Shown here in pieces: positions 53,374 through 61,972 of a stretch of 62,417 nucleotides of DNA. The stretch comes from Candidatus Yanofskybacteria bacterium (GTDB taxonomy: Bacteria; Patescibacteriota; Minisyncoccia; 2-02-FULL-40-12; IGHO2-01-FULL-4-A): NCBI GenBank assembly GCA_903897805.1, contig CAIUCV010000022.1, forward strand, positions 1 to 62,417, in the 5' to 3' direction. The notes below the pieces were generated by a model. It was not told the DNA's origin and ran no database searches. It was given only the letters and a program-made list of their open reading frames with translations. Position 1 is the stretch's first letter, and the number at the start of each line of letters is the position of its first letter. The position numbers and the translations under genes are program-made.

Positions 53374-54607
53374 AAACGCCGACCGCAAGCAGAATAAGCC
53401 TGCCGCCGCCGTCAAAGCAACAGGCAAGGGCAAAAAAGAGCGAGAACCAGTAAACCGCAAAGAGCGCCGGGAATTGGGTAAGACAAGGGCCGCCAAAAAG
53501 GCGGCTGGAGCCAAGTCCGCTCCGCCAGTCCACGAGCCGGTTGGGCTTACCCTCGCCCAGCTTGAGGCCTCGGGGCTTACCACCACGAAACAGTCAGCCG
53601 GCCCAACCTTCGAGCAAGCCCTGCTTGAGGTAATCGCCGACCAGGCCCGGCAATTCGAATCCACCGAGCCGGTTTCTCTGCCGGCCACGCTCAACCCAGA
53701 AGTCCGTATTTTCATCAGCGGGCAGACTTACACGCTCGCTGATTACGAGGCAGTTGAGGAGCCGTTTGGATCTACCGCTAGCCGCAAGGTGGTGGCAGCC
53801 GAGATCCACTCTCTTCTCAAAAAGACCGGGCTCATTTTCAATGCATATCGCGAGTCCGGTACCATCGCGGCACAGTTGGCCGCCGGGGAGACCTTCGAGA
53901 AAGAACCAGAAGATTCGCCTCTCAAACTCCAGCTCGCTGAAGTCGTCCTCACTGACGACCCAGCGGCTGTTGGGGACTTTCTTGAGGAGGTCTGGGGTAG
54001 AGTGGTGGAGCTTCAGCTCATCGCAGGGTCGTTTGAACCTGAGAGTGAATTGGAGAAATCCGCTCGGCTCGGCCTCGTTGACGAGGCCACAGCTGACCGT
54101 CTCAAAAGGGCGGTGACTGAAGAAGCCATCCGGCTTGACCTTTCCCAGCGGCTTGCGGGACTGACCGTGAGCGCCACCACACCGACAGCGGAGGTTGATG
54201 AGACCTTTGCCGTCATCATCGCCGAGGCCGCGCAGGCAGCCAAGGTTCAACGGCGCGAGCGCGCCACCTTCCGCCAGACGCTGTCGCAGAGATTGCGAGG
54301 ACGGAAAGAGCGTGAGGGCCAGCGAGTTTCTTCTAAGTCATCGGAGGAATCCGGCGACGAGGAATTTGTCCAGTTCCTCGCGTCCCATCGAGAAGAACCG
54401 GGCGCGAAACAAGCCCTGCTTGCCCTCCATCTCGAGGCGGAAATAGCCGCCGCCGAGAAGCGCTGGGCGGATCTGAAATCCCGTCTGGCCGCCGGGGCCA
54501 GCCACCCCGAAACCACCGTTGCACAGAACGCCACGGCAATGAAGGATCTGCTGGGCGCCTTAGCCCAGATCGGAGCCCTTCATCAACAGCTTGAAGCGCT
54601 GGGCTAG
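53366..54607 (+). CDS. ORFan protein 3 (413 aa) with a Lys/Arg/Ala-rich N-terminal tail
   Basis: ATGGCTAA overlap with ORF 2, and GGAGG SD. N-terminus KQNKPAAAVKATGKGKKE...AAKKAAGAK. Confidence 0.7.
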   Translation: MAKNADRKQNKPAAAVKATGKGKKEREPVNRKERRELGKTRAAKKAAGAKSAPPVHEPVGLTLAQLEASGLTTTKQSAGPTFEQALLEVIADQARQFESTEPVSLPATLNPEVRIFISGQTYTLADYEAVEEPFGSTASRKVVAAEIHSLLKKTGLIFNAYRESGTIAAQLAAGETFEKEPEDSPLKLQLAEVVLTDDPAAVGDFLEEVWGRVVELQLIAGSFEPESELEKSARLGLVDEATADRLKRAVTEEAIRLDLSQRLAGLTVSATTPTAEVDETFAVIIAEAAQAAKVQRRERATFRQTLSQRLRGRKEREGQRVSSKSSEESGDEEFVQFLASHREEPGAKQALLALHLEAEIAAAEKRWADLKSRLAAGASHPETTVAQNATAMKDLLGALAQIGALHQQLEALG

Positions 54608-54653
54608 CCCCAGACCCAGAGCTGCTGGCCTCAAACTCAAGTTCTTCCTATCC

Positions 54654-54698
54654 CCCTGCACGGACCGCGCATTTTGCGGACCGTGCAGGGCTTTTTTT
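54654..54698 (+). terminator. intrinsic terminator
   Basis: CCCTGCACGGACCGC-loop-GCGGACCGTGCAGGG (one mismatch) followed by CTTTTTTT. Confidence 0.8.
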
Positions 54699-54767
54699 GT
54701 CAAACTTATACGAGGGTGCAAAGTAAAATTTGCCTACCTTCATTTTTCGTGTTAAACTTATACGACT

Positions 54768-56588
54768 ATGAAATCTCTAATCAAATACGTTCTAATTGTC
54801 TTTCTGGTACTGCTTTTGGTTTCCGGATTGATCGCCGCTTTTGGCTATCCGTTTTCCCAAAATAAAACCGAAGTTTCTCTGACCCAGCTGGTCAGCCAGA
54901 TAAACAGCTCGCAGGTCAAAGGAATTATCGTCCAAGGCGACATCATAGAAATAACCCTGAATAACGACAGCAAGGAACTGACTAATAAGGAACCCAACGT
55001 TTCCATCGCCGAAATCTTGGTTAATCTGGGGGCAGACAAAACCAAACTGAATCAGATTAGCGTGGACGTAAAAAGCGATAGCGGTTTTACTTATTATCTG
55101 GTAAATTTCCTGCCGATTATTCTTACTTTTCTTTTTATCATCTTTATTTTCTGGTTTATGTTCCGCCAAACCCAGCGCGGCACGATGCAGGCATTCAGTT
55201 TCGGTAAAACAAAAGCGCGCCTCGCCGGCGGAGACGACGGCAAGAAAAAAGTGACTTTTGACGATGTCGCTGGCTTGACCGAGGCCAAGGAAGAGATTTC
55301 AGAGGTGGTGGAGTTTCTAAGCGACCCAAAGAAGTTCCAGAAGCTGGGGGCGAGAATCCCCCGCGGCATTTTGCTCATCGGCGCTCCAGGAACGGGCAAA
55401 ACTTTGCTTGCCAAGGCAGTAGCAAACGAAGCCAACGTTCCTTTCTATTTCGTCTCCGGTTCGGAATTCGTTGAAATGTTCGTCGGCGTCGGCGCCAACC
55501 GCGTGAGAGACACTTTTGAAATGGCTAAAAAAACCGCGCCGTCAATAATCTTTATAGATGAAATAGACGCCGTCGGGCGCCACCGCGGAGCGGGACTCGG
55601 GGGCGGACACGATGAGCGAGAACAAACGCTCAACCAAATTTTGGTTGAAATGGATGGTTTCGACACTAACGATGCCGTCATTGTTATGGCAGCGACTAAC
55701 CGCCCTGATATCTTAGATCCGGCCTTGCTTCGTCCAGGCAGATTTGACAGGCGCGTAACGCTGGACGAACCGTCCATGAAAGACCGTGAAGCCATATTAA
55801 AAATACACGCGCTGGACAAACCGCTCGCCAAAGACGTTAATTTTAAGGTGGTTGCTGAAAGAACTCCGGGCTTCTCCGGCGCCGACCTGGCCAATCTTTT
55901 AAATGAGGCGGCGATACTCGCGGTCCGCAAAAACCAAAAAGAGATCATTCAATTAAATCTTCTGCAGGCAATTGAAAAGGTTATGCTCGGTCCCGAGCGC
56001 CGTTCACACATACTCACTAAAAAAGAAAAAGAAATTGCCGCGTATCACGAAGCGGGCCACGCGCTGGTGGCAGTATTTCTACCGTATACCGACCCAATAC
56101 ATAAAATTTCCGTTGTTTCGCGCGGCCAGGTGGGTGGATACACGCTTAAACTTCCGACAGAAGACAGGCATCTTCGTTCCAAATCAGAATTTGAATCGGA
56201 ACTAGCTGTCTTACTCGGCGGTTACGCCGCAGAACGGCTGGTGTTCAACGAACTCACCACCGGCGCCGCAAACGATTTGAAAATAGCTTCTGAACTTGCA
56301 CGTAAAATGGTCACTCAATTTGGCATGTCCGATAAACTGGGACCGGTTACATTCGGCGAAAAAGAGGAGCTGGTATTTTTGGGAAGGGAAATCGCTACCG
56401 AAAAAAATTACTCAAACGAAATTGCCTTCCAAATAGACAGCGAGATCAAAGCGTTGATCTCCAGGGCCCTAAAAAAAGCAAAGGAGACCCTGGCTAAAAA
56501 GATGGCGACTCTTACCAAAATAGCCACCGAACTTATTACTAAAGAAACCCTTGAGCAGAAAGAGTTTTACGCTCTTCTGAAAACATAA
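54768..56588 (+). CDS. ftsH: ATP-dependent zinc metalloprotease FtsH
   Basis: GAPGTGKT Walker A, AAA+ SRH region, HEAGHA zinc motif. 37 G+C in the first 100 nt. Confidence 0.95.
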   Translation: MKSLIKYVLIVFLVLLLVSGLIAAFGYPFSQNKTEVSLTQLVSQINSSQVKGIIVQGDIIEITLNNDSKELTNKEPNVSIAEILVNLGADKTKLNQISVDVKSDSGFTYYLVNFLPIILTFLFIIFIFWFMFRQTQRGTMQAFSFGKTKARLAGGDDGKKKVTFDDVAGLTEAKEEISEVVEFLSDPKKFQKLGARIPRGILLIGAPGTGKTLLAKAVANEANVPFYFVSGSEFVEMFVGVGANRVRDTFEMAKKTAPSIIFIDEIDAVGRHRGAGLGGGHDEREQTLNQILVEMDGFDTNDAVIVMAATNRPDILDPALLRPGRFDRRVTLDEPSMKDREAILKIHALDKPLAKDVNFKVVAERTPGFSGADLANLLNEAAILAVRKNQKEIIQLNLLQAIEKVMLGPERRSHILTKKEKEIAAYHEAGHALVAVFLPYTDPIHKISVVSRGQVGGYTLKLPTEDRHLRSKSEFESELAVLLGGYAAERLVFNELTTGAANDLKIASELARKMVTQFGMSDKLGPVTFGEKEELVFLGREIATEKNYSNEIAFQIDSEIKALISRALKKAKETLAKKMATLTKIATELITKETLEQKEFYALLKT

Positions 56589-56607
56589 ATTCGGCACCTA
56601 TTAAAAC

Positions 56608-56637
56608 AAAACCCCGCCGTCGGCGGGGTTTTGTTTT
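56608..56637 (+). terminator. intrinsic terminator
   Basis: AAAACCCCGCC-gtc-GGCGGGGTTTT followed by GTTTT. Confidence 0.8.
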
Positions 56638-56639
56638 GG

Positions 56640-56668
56640 TTGACTAAAACTTGCAAAAAACTTAAAAT
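56640..56668 (+). promoter_or_regulatory. near-consensus sigma70 promoter for the tRNA operon
   Basis: TTGACT, 17-nt spacer, TAAAAT, ending 10 nt before the tRNA 5' end. Confidence 0.7.
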
Positions 56669-56678
56669 ACTAGCAATC

Positions 56679-56750
56679 GCGTCCGTAGCTCAACGGTGGA
56701 GCAAGGTCCTTATAAGACCGAGGTTCCTGGTTCGAATCCAGGCGGACGCA
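56679..56750 (+). tRNA. tRNA-Ile (anticodon UAU)
   Basis: Acceptor GCGTCCG/CGGACGC, D-arm GCTC/GAGC, loop CTTATAA, T-arm CCTGG-TTCGAAT-CCAGG. The 27-43 pair is an A-G mismatch. Confidence 0.8.
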
Positions 56751-56936
56751 CAAATAGAATTGGTTTGGTGTTTCAGCGCCAAACTAATTCTATGCGGCTG
56801 GATTTGAACCCAACGAAGGGGTCGGGGAACGATGATGGTTCCCCGATGTGGAAGCATTGAAACCGCAAGGTTTCAAAGAGCGAACGCGAGTCCACTTGGT
56901 TGAGCGTTCGCGAGTTCGATTCCAGGCGGACGCACA
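56751..56936 (+). other. tRNA-linked structured element ending in a duplicate of the tRNA-Ile 3' end
   Basis: GTTCGAtTCCAGGCGGACGCACA (56914-56936) matches 56730-56752 at 22 of 23 positions. Hairpins at 56754-56793, 56824-56844 and 56859-56874 (GCAA loop). Confidence 0.6.
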
Positions 56937-56944
56937 TAGGCCCC

Positions 56945-57016
56945 GGGCGCGTAGTTCAGTGGTAGAATGTCCGCCCTACACGCGGAAGGTCCCTGGTTCG
57001 AATCCAGGCGCGCCCA
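56945..57016 (+). tRNA. tRNA-Val (anticodon UAC)
   Basis: Acceptor GGGCGCG/CGCGCCC, anticodon stem TCCGC/GCGGA, loop CCTACAC. Confidence 0.9.
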
Positions 57017-57026
57017 CATATCTCTC

Positions 57027-57737
57027 TTGAACGAAATTAAAATAATCTACGAGGATAATGACATTTTAATAATCGACAAGCCGTCGGGCCTGTTGACGCA
57101 TCCTAAGAATAAAAACGACCAGAGCGAAAGTGTCGTCAGCTGGCTTTTGAAAAACCGGCCATCGGTTAAAGATATCGGGGAGGATAAAATTCGCCCCGGA
57201 ATCGTTCACCGTCTGGACAAAGAAACCTCGGGGCTATTGCTGATTGCCAAGAATCAAAAATCTTTTGAATATCTGAAAGAGCTTTTTCAAAAAAGGGAAA
57301 TCGTAAAAACATATATTGCCCTGGTCTACGGCCAGCTTAAAAACAAAAGGGGCGTCATAGAAACACCACTGGGTAAGTTGGGGACCAGACAGACAATCAG
57401 AATCCACGGTAAGCATGAACTCAAAGAAAAAAACGCAATCACTGAATATAGGATGCTCAGAGAATATGCCGGCTACAACTTGCTTGAAATAACGCCCAAA
57501 ACCGGGCGCACTCATCAGATAAGGGTTCACTTGAAATCAATAGGCCATCCTGTGGTCTGCGACCCGCTTTACGCCGGCAAAAAACTGGTTTGCCCACCGG
57601 AATTGAATCGCCTTTTTCTGCACGCTCAAAAATTGTCTTTCGTATCCCCCGCCGGCGAATCATTAACCATAGAAGTTGATTTGCCGCCAGAGCTGGATAA
57701 TTTTCTGAATGAGATGATTTCAAAACCCCTTTCGTAG
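57027..57737 (+). CDS. RluA-family pseudouridine synthase (no S4 domain)
   Basis: IIYEDNDILIIDKPSG and HRLDKETSGLL motifs. Start assumed at the TTG at 57027, because the longer ORF overlaps tRNA-Val. Confidence 0.85.
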   Translation: MNEIKIIYEDNDILIIDKPSGLLTHPKNKNDQSESVVSWLLKNRPSVKDIGEDKIRPGIVHRLDKETSGLLLIAKNQKSFEYLKELFQKREIVKTYIALVYGQLKNKRGVIETPLGKLGTRQTIRIHGKHELKEKNAITEYRMLREYAGYNLLEITPKTGRTHQIRVHLKSIGHPVVCDPLYAGKKLVCPPELNRLFLHAQKLSFVSPAGESLTIEVDLPPELDNFLNEMISKPLS

Positions 57738-57887
57738 CGAAATCTCTGATTTTTGGATAGGGTAAGGAAGATGAGTAAAATGCCCGGAAACGTAGCAGTA
57801 GCTACGGTGAGGACATTTTACGAAATCTGACACAGCCACAGTCAAAAATCAGAGATTGCAGTAGAAATGGGGTTTTAAAATCATCTC
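57711..57887. repeat. 177-nt imperfect palindrome between rluA-like and rplS
   Basis: ~45-nt arms GAGATGATTTCAAAACCCC...AATCTCTGATTTTTG and CAAAAATCAGAGATT...GGGGTTTTAAAATCATCTC. Inner pairs GTAAAATG/CATTTTAC and CGTAGC/GCTACG. Confidence 0.65.
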
Positions 57888-57926
57888 AATTGCCAAAAAA
57901 CATAGAATGAGCTATTATTGTCAATT

Positions 57927-58343
57927 ATGATTACGCTTCAAACATTCAACTCAAAAATGGCATCGGCGTTAAACTTACCCGACATTAGGCCGGGCATGAC
58001 CATTAAGGTTCACCAAAAAATAAAAGAGGGCAATAAAACCCGGGTACAGATTTTTGAAGGGATAGTTATCGCCCGTAAACACGGTTCCGGGCCAAGCGCC
58101 ACCATTACTGTCAGAAAAATATCAAATGGTATTGGTGTTGAAAGGATTTTCCCCCTGCACCTGCCCACAATAGAAAAGTTTGAGATTGTGAAAACTTCAA
58201 AAGTCCGTCGGGCAAAACTTTACTATCTCCGGGGAAAAACCGCCCGCGAAACCAGGAAAAAGACAAAACTCATAGAAACAAAGATCTCGGCTCCCCAAAT
58301 TGAAACCGAGGAGGCAACTCCAACTCAAGAACCTCAACAATAA
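57927..58343 (+). CDS. rplS: ribosomal protein L19
   Basis: [38 protein letters not shown]-terminal extension. Start taken at the ATG at 57927. Confidence 0.9.
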   Translation: MITLQTFNSKMASALNLPDIRPGMTIKVHQKIKEGNKTRVQIFEGIVIARKHGSGPSATITVRKISNGIGVERIFPLHLPTIEKFEIVKTSKVRRAKLYYLRGKTARETRKKTKLIETKISAPQIETEEATPTQEPQQ

Positions 58344-59940
58344 ATCCGTATGCGGACGTGGTGGAACTAGGCAGACACGCTACCTTGAGGTGGTAGTGGG
58401 CGCAAGCCCGTGGAGGTTCGAGTCCTCTCGTCCGCACCATAGTAGATACAGAGGAAGAAACAGAATTTTTTTGATGGACTGCCGCAAGGGCAGTCCATTG
58501 ATTTTGAGCCACGCCGCGCGCTTCGCGCGATTGTAGTGTGAGGTTGGAGCCGAAGATTTTTTGGAGGGAGTGTTTTTTGGAGGGGAGGTCGTCGGTTTTT
58601 AGTATTTCGCCAAGCGTTTGCGCGTCTTTAATCCAATCTCGCAGGGGTTGGAGCCAAGCGGTGGCGTTCCGTTCAAGACGGGCTATTTGCCCCTCTACCG
58701 ACTTTCGCTCGGACATAAGCGCGCGCTTCCGCACAAGGTAAGCGTCGCGGTCTATGTCCTGTTCAACATAGACGTCGGTTAGGCGGGCAATACGGGTGTC
58801 TATATCCGCCAAAGTAGCCCGTAGCTCGCGGACGGACGCCACCGCCACGCTTCGGGCTTCCCGCTCGTCTTTGTCGGCCATAAGGAGCATTTCTTTGCCC
58901 CATTCTTGGGGCAGGACAAAGCGGGATAGCAGATCGGATAGTTGGACATTTAGCACCTCCTCGCGGACGTAGGACTGCGAGCAGGGGCCGCGCTTCTTCG
59001 TACAGCGATAGTAAATATATCGGTGGACGTTGCCGTTCTTCTGCCGTTTCGTTATCGCCTCGGCGGTAATGGAACACCCGCACTCGCCACACCGGAGGAG
59101 GCCACATAGAGCTTGCGGGTCTTTGTGTGCTTTCTGCCTCCTGCCTCGCATTTCTATAGCCGTCTGAACTCTGTCAAAGAGTTGCTTGGAAATAATCGGC
59201 GTGTGCGTTCCGTGATGTATCTCTCCGGCGTATTCAAAATCGCCGTAGTAAAAAGTGTCGGTAAGGACGCGCTTCGCTCTGTTCTTTGACCACGCCTTAC
59301 CGCCTCCGCTACCGCTCCGGCTTCCGGTGCGTATGCCGTTGTCGGAAAAAAAGTTGGCGATGTCTTCAAAGCGCGACTGGCCTTCGGCGTATAACTCAAA
59401 GGCACGGACGACGATAGGAGCTTTGTGCCTATCAACATCGTGCCGCTTGGTGTGCGGATTGTTTATATAACCGACACGCGCGGGGCCGGGATACTCTCCA
59501 CGCCGCGCCTTCGCCCTCAATCCGCGCCGCGTGTTATACGCCAAGTCGCGGACGTATTGTGTCGCCATGCCAAACTCAACGGCCATCAAAAGCACGCTGT
59601 CTTTTGAGTAGTAGCTACGCTCCGGCGTTAGTATGTGTTGGATTGCTCCCTGTTGGAGCAACCAACTAACTTGCCCGTTATCAACCGGATTGCGACCCAA
59701 GCGATCAAGTTTCCAACAGACAACGCCTTGCGCTTCGCCGCGCTGTATCCGTTCAACCATTTCGTTGAAGTGAGGACGGCCCGGCGTTTTCGCCGATTTC
59801 TTTTCTATAAACTCCGCCGCAATCTCCAAACCCTCGCGCTGGGCGAGCGAGCGCAATTCAGATAATTGCGATTCTATGGAGAGGACTTGTTTGTCCTCAA
59901 CATCGGTGCTTTTGCGGGCGTAGATAAAATATGTGGTCAT
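58270..59940 (-). CDS. large serine recombinase; the annotated 3' end runs antisense through tRNA-Leu and the rplS tail
   Basis: [19 protein letters not shown] catalytic-Ser domain, recombinase domain, zinc ribbon CGECGCS...YYRC, coiled coil. The last ~56 codons (RTRGLEPP...) are antisense tRNA, so the true C-terminus is uncertain. Confidence 0.8.
   Translation of the reverse strand: MTTYFIYARKSTDVEDKQVLSIESQLSELRSLAQREGLEIAAEFIEKKSAKTPGRPHFNEMVERIQRGEAQGVVCWKLDRLGRNPVDNGQVSWLLQQGAIQHILTPERSYYSKDSVLLMAVEFGMATQYVRDLAYNTRRGLRAKARRGEYPGPARVGYINNPHTKRHDVDRHKAPIVVRAFELYAEGQSRFEDIANFFSDNGIRTGSRSGSGGGKAWSKNRAKRVLTDTFYYGDFEYAGEIHHGTHTPIISKQLFDRVQTAIEMRGRRQKAHKDPQALCGLLRCGECGCSITAEAITKRQKNGNVHRYIYYRCTKKRGPCSQSYVREEVLNVQLSDLLSRFVLPQEWGKEMLLMADKDEREARSVAVASVRELRATLADIDTRIARLTDVYVEQDIDRDAYLVRKRALMSERKSVEGQIARLERNATAWLQPLRDWIKDAQTLGEILKTDDLPSKKHSLQKIFGSNLTLQSREARGVAQNQWTALAAVHQKNSVSSSVSTMVRTRGLEPPRACAHYHLKVACLPSSTTSAYGFIVEVLELELPPRFQFGEPRSLFL
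58352..58439 (+). tRNA. tRNA-Leu (anticodon GAG)
   Basis: Type II tRNA. Anticodon stem CTACC/GGTAG, loop TTGAGGT, long variable arm. CCA is encoded. Confidence 0.9.
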
Positions 59941-60026
59941 AGAATTGCTGAAAGGCGTTTTATTTGCTAATATCGTAATATAAGAGATGACGCTATTATA
60001 GCACAATACTTATATTATAGTATAAC

Positions 60027-60224
60027 ATGTCCACAATAGGCAAAAACATAAAACGGCTTCGCCGAGCAAAAGGAATATCGCAAGACAAGCTATCAAAACT
60101 TGCCGATGTCTCGCTTCAAACCATTGTTAAAATGGAGCTTGACGACAAACCGAATCCAACCATTGAGACAGTTCAGAAAATCTCCAAGGCGTTGGGTATT
60201 AGTATTGACGATTTGATGAAGTAA
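60027..60224 (+). CDS. XRE-family HTH regulator (possible controller protein of the R-M unit)
   Basis: IKRLRRAKGISQDKLSKLADVSLQTIVKME HTH. Ends 5 nt before mod. Confidence 0.8.
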   Translation: MSTIGKNIKRLRRAKGISQDKLSKLADVSLQTIVKMELDDKPNPTIETVQKISKALGISIDDLMK

Positions 60225-60229
60225 TTTTT

Positions 60230-61972
60230 ATGATTAAAAGGAATTATAAAGGATCACTACGACTGGATTGGATAAATAAAGACCTTTCACTTTACTACGA
60301 GATAGACGAGAAAGAAGGTAAGGGTGTCCGGCCGGTATGGGTTAAGAAAAATGACATTCGCGTTGCCGAGCCGCGGATTTTGCGTTTCGCAAAAAGTTAT
60401 GGCGAAGCAACTAGCGAGAATATGCTCATCAAGGGCGACAATCTTTTAGTCCTGCGGAGTTTAGTTGAGATGTTTAAGGGAAAGCAGGAAAAAGAAAGGG
60501 TAAAGTGTATTTATATTGACCCGCCGTATAATAGTGGAAATGCTTTTGAACACTACGATGATAATCTGAAACATTCTGAATGGTTGACGATGATGCGAGA
60601 TAGGTTATCTCTACTCAAAAAATTATTGCGGAAAGACGGACTAATTTTTGTACAAATCAGTGAGGATGAGCACGCCTATCTAAAATGTTTAATGGACGAA
60701 GTTTTTGGTAGAGATAAATATATATCTACGATAGTTGTAAAAACAAAAACTGCTTCTGGAGTTGGTCAAGAAGGTTTTTTAATGACCATAAATGAATATA
60801 TCTTAGTGTATGCTTCTACTGATAAAAAATTAGTAGAAAATTATCAAAAATATATTGAAGTTCCAATTGAAGAAAATGTTACAGATACTTACAACATCGT
60901 CCTCATGAATACGGGGAAGGAAAAACAAATCAAAGTTATAGGGGGCTCTAGGGTTGGCGAAATTAAGGTTTTTTCTCATGCAAATTTTAAAATAGTAAAA
61001 CTAAATAAATCAGAAAGAACACGGGAATCTTATTATAAATATTTTGAAAAGATTTTTAGAACAACTAATCCGAAAGGTGGCCTAATGCAAAAAATTATGC
61101 CGCAATTACCAAAAGCAGAATTAGTATCTATTGAATACGTACCATCAAAAGGTAGAAATGCAGGCAAAGTACACAGAGAATATTTTTACAAAGGGGCTAT
61201 TATTGTTTGGCTTCATGACACAGCTATTAAAGATATAATTGATAAATCCGTTAACAAGTTGATTAAAAACAACAGTTTTTGGGAGCAAAACCTTTGGCAA
61301 GGAATTGATCCAGAAGGTGGAGTTAAGTTTCCCCAAAGTAAAAAACCGGAAAAATTACTTGAGCGTATTTTAAAAATGTCAACAAAAGAGGATGACCTAG
61401 TATTAGATTCTTTTGCGGGGTCAGGAACCACTGGTGCTGTAGCTCATAAGATGCGCCGCAAGTGGCTTATGGTGGAAGTCGGTAGGCATACAGAAGAAAA
61501 AATCATACCACGCTTACAAAATATTATTTTTGGTAAAGATTTGTCTGGTGTTAGTAAAGATATGGATTGGAAAGGTGGCGGAGGGTTTAAATACTTCAAA
61601 CTCGGTGATAGTGTCATACACGAGCAGGATATGAATTGGAAATTGAAAGCCGGAGAGATGGCAGAAGCGGTTTTTCTACACTTCCAATACAGACCGATTA
61701 AGGCGGAATGGTTGGAAAAAGAAAATATATATCTTGGTAGGCATCAATCAGCTCGTTATCACTTTGCCCTCTCGTTCGCTTCGCGCGAGGTAAAAACAAT
61801 TACCGAGGATTTATACGAAAAAATAGTAGCTGGACTGGATAAGGAAAAGTTTAAACACCTGACCATTTTTACCAATGTCGCGGTGGCCGTTCCCCCAGAT
61901 TCTTTTGATAAAGAGAAAATACTCGTTAAGAAGATACCTGCCGCAATTTTAAGAGAATACAATTTATTATGA
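60230..61972 (+). CDS. mod: type III restriction-modification methyltransferase (Mod)
   Basis: DPPYNSG (motif IV) precedes DSFAGSGTTG (motif I), the beta-class order. ATGA overlap with res. Confidence 0.85.
   Translation: MIKRNYKGSLRLDWINKDLSLYYEIDEKEGKGVRPVWVKKNDIRVAEPRILRFAKSYGEATSENMLIKGDNLLVLRSLVEMFKGKQEKERVKCIYIDPPYNSGNAFEHYDDNLKHSEWLTMMRDRLSLLKKLLRKDGLIFVQISEDEHAYLKCLMDEVFGRDKYISTIVVKTKTASGVGQEGFLMTINEYILVYASTDKKLVENYQKYIEVPIEENVTDTYNIVLMNTGKEKQIKVIGGSRVGEIKVFSHANFKIVKLNKSERTRESYYKYFEKIFRTTNPKGGLMQKIMPQLPKAELVSIEYVPSKGRNAGKVHREYFYKGAIIVWLHDTAIKDIIDKSVNKLIKNNSFWEQNLWQGIDPEGGVKFPQSKKPEKLLERILKMSTKEDDLVLDSFAGSGTTGAVAHKMRRKWLMVEVGRHTEEKIIPRLQNIIFGKDLSGVSKDMDWKGGGGFKYFKLGDSVIHEQDMNWKLKAGEMAEAVFLHFQYRPIKAEWLEKENIYLGRHQSARYHFALSFASREVKTITEDLYEKIVAGLDKEKFKHLTIFTNVAVAVPPDSFDKEKILVKKIPAAILREYNLL

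Noticed and set aside
50562-54250. Long minus-strand ORFs inside the high-GC island (50562-51242, 51097-51822, 51653-52259, 53122-53715, 53594-54250).
   Set aside because: They are typical shadow ORFs of GC-rich DNA. Their products are Arg/Pro/Gly/Ser-rich low-complexity strings. They lack SD sites and promoters, whereas the plus-strand frames have promoters, SD sites, terminators and GC3 bias.
54702-54765. 12-mer AAACTTATACGA twice upstream of ftsH, considered as a target-site duplication of the high-GC island.
   Set aside because: Both copies lie on the same side of the island, 52 nt apart. A 12-mer repeat is not significant at this scale.
58531-58566. Similarity of GTGTGAGGTTGGAGCCGAAG to the T-arm region of tRNA-Leu(GAG), considered as a fourth tRNA-end duplicate.
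   Set aside because: The match is only partial. The segment lies inside the recombinase frame and encodes FGSNLTLQ, which I believe is a conserved C-terminal segment of this recombinase clade.
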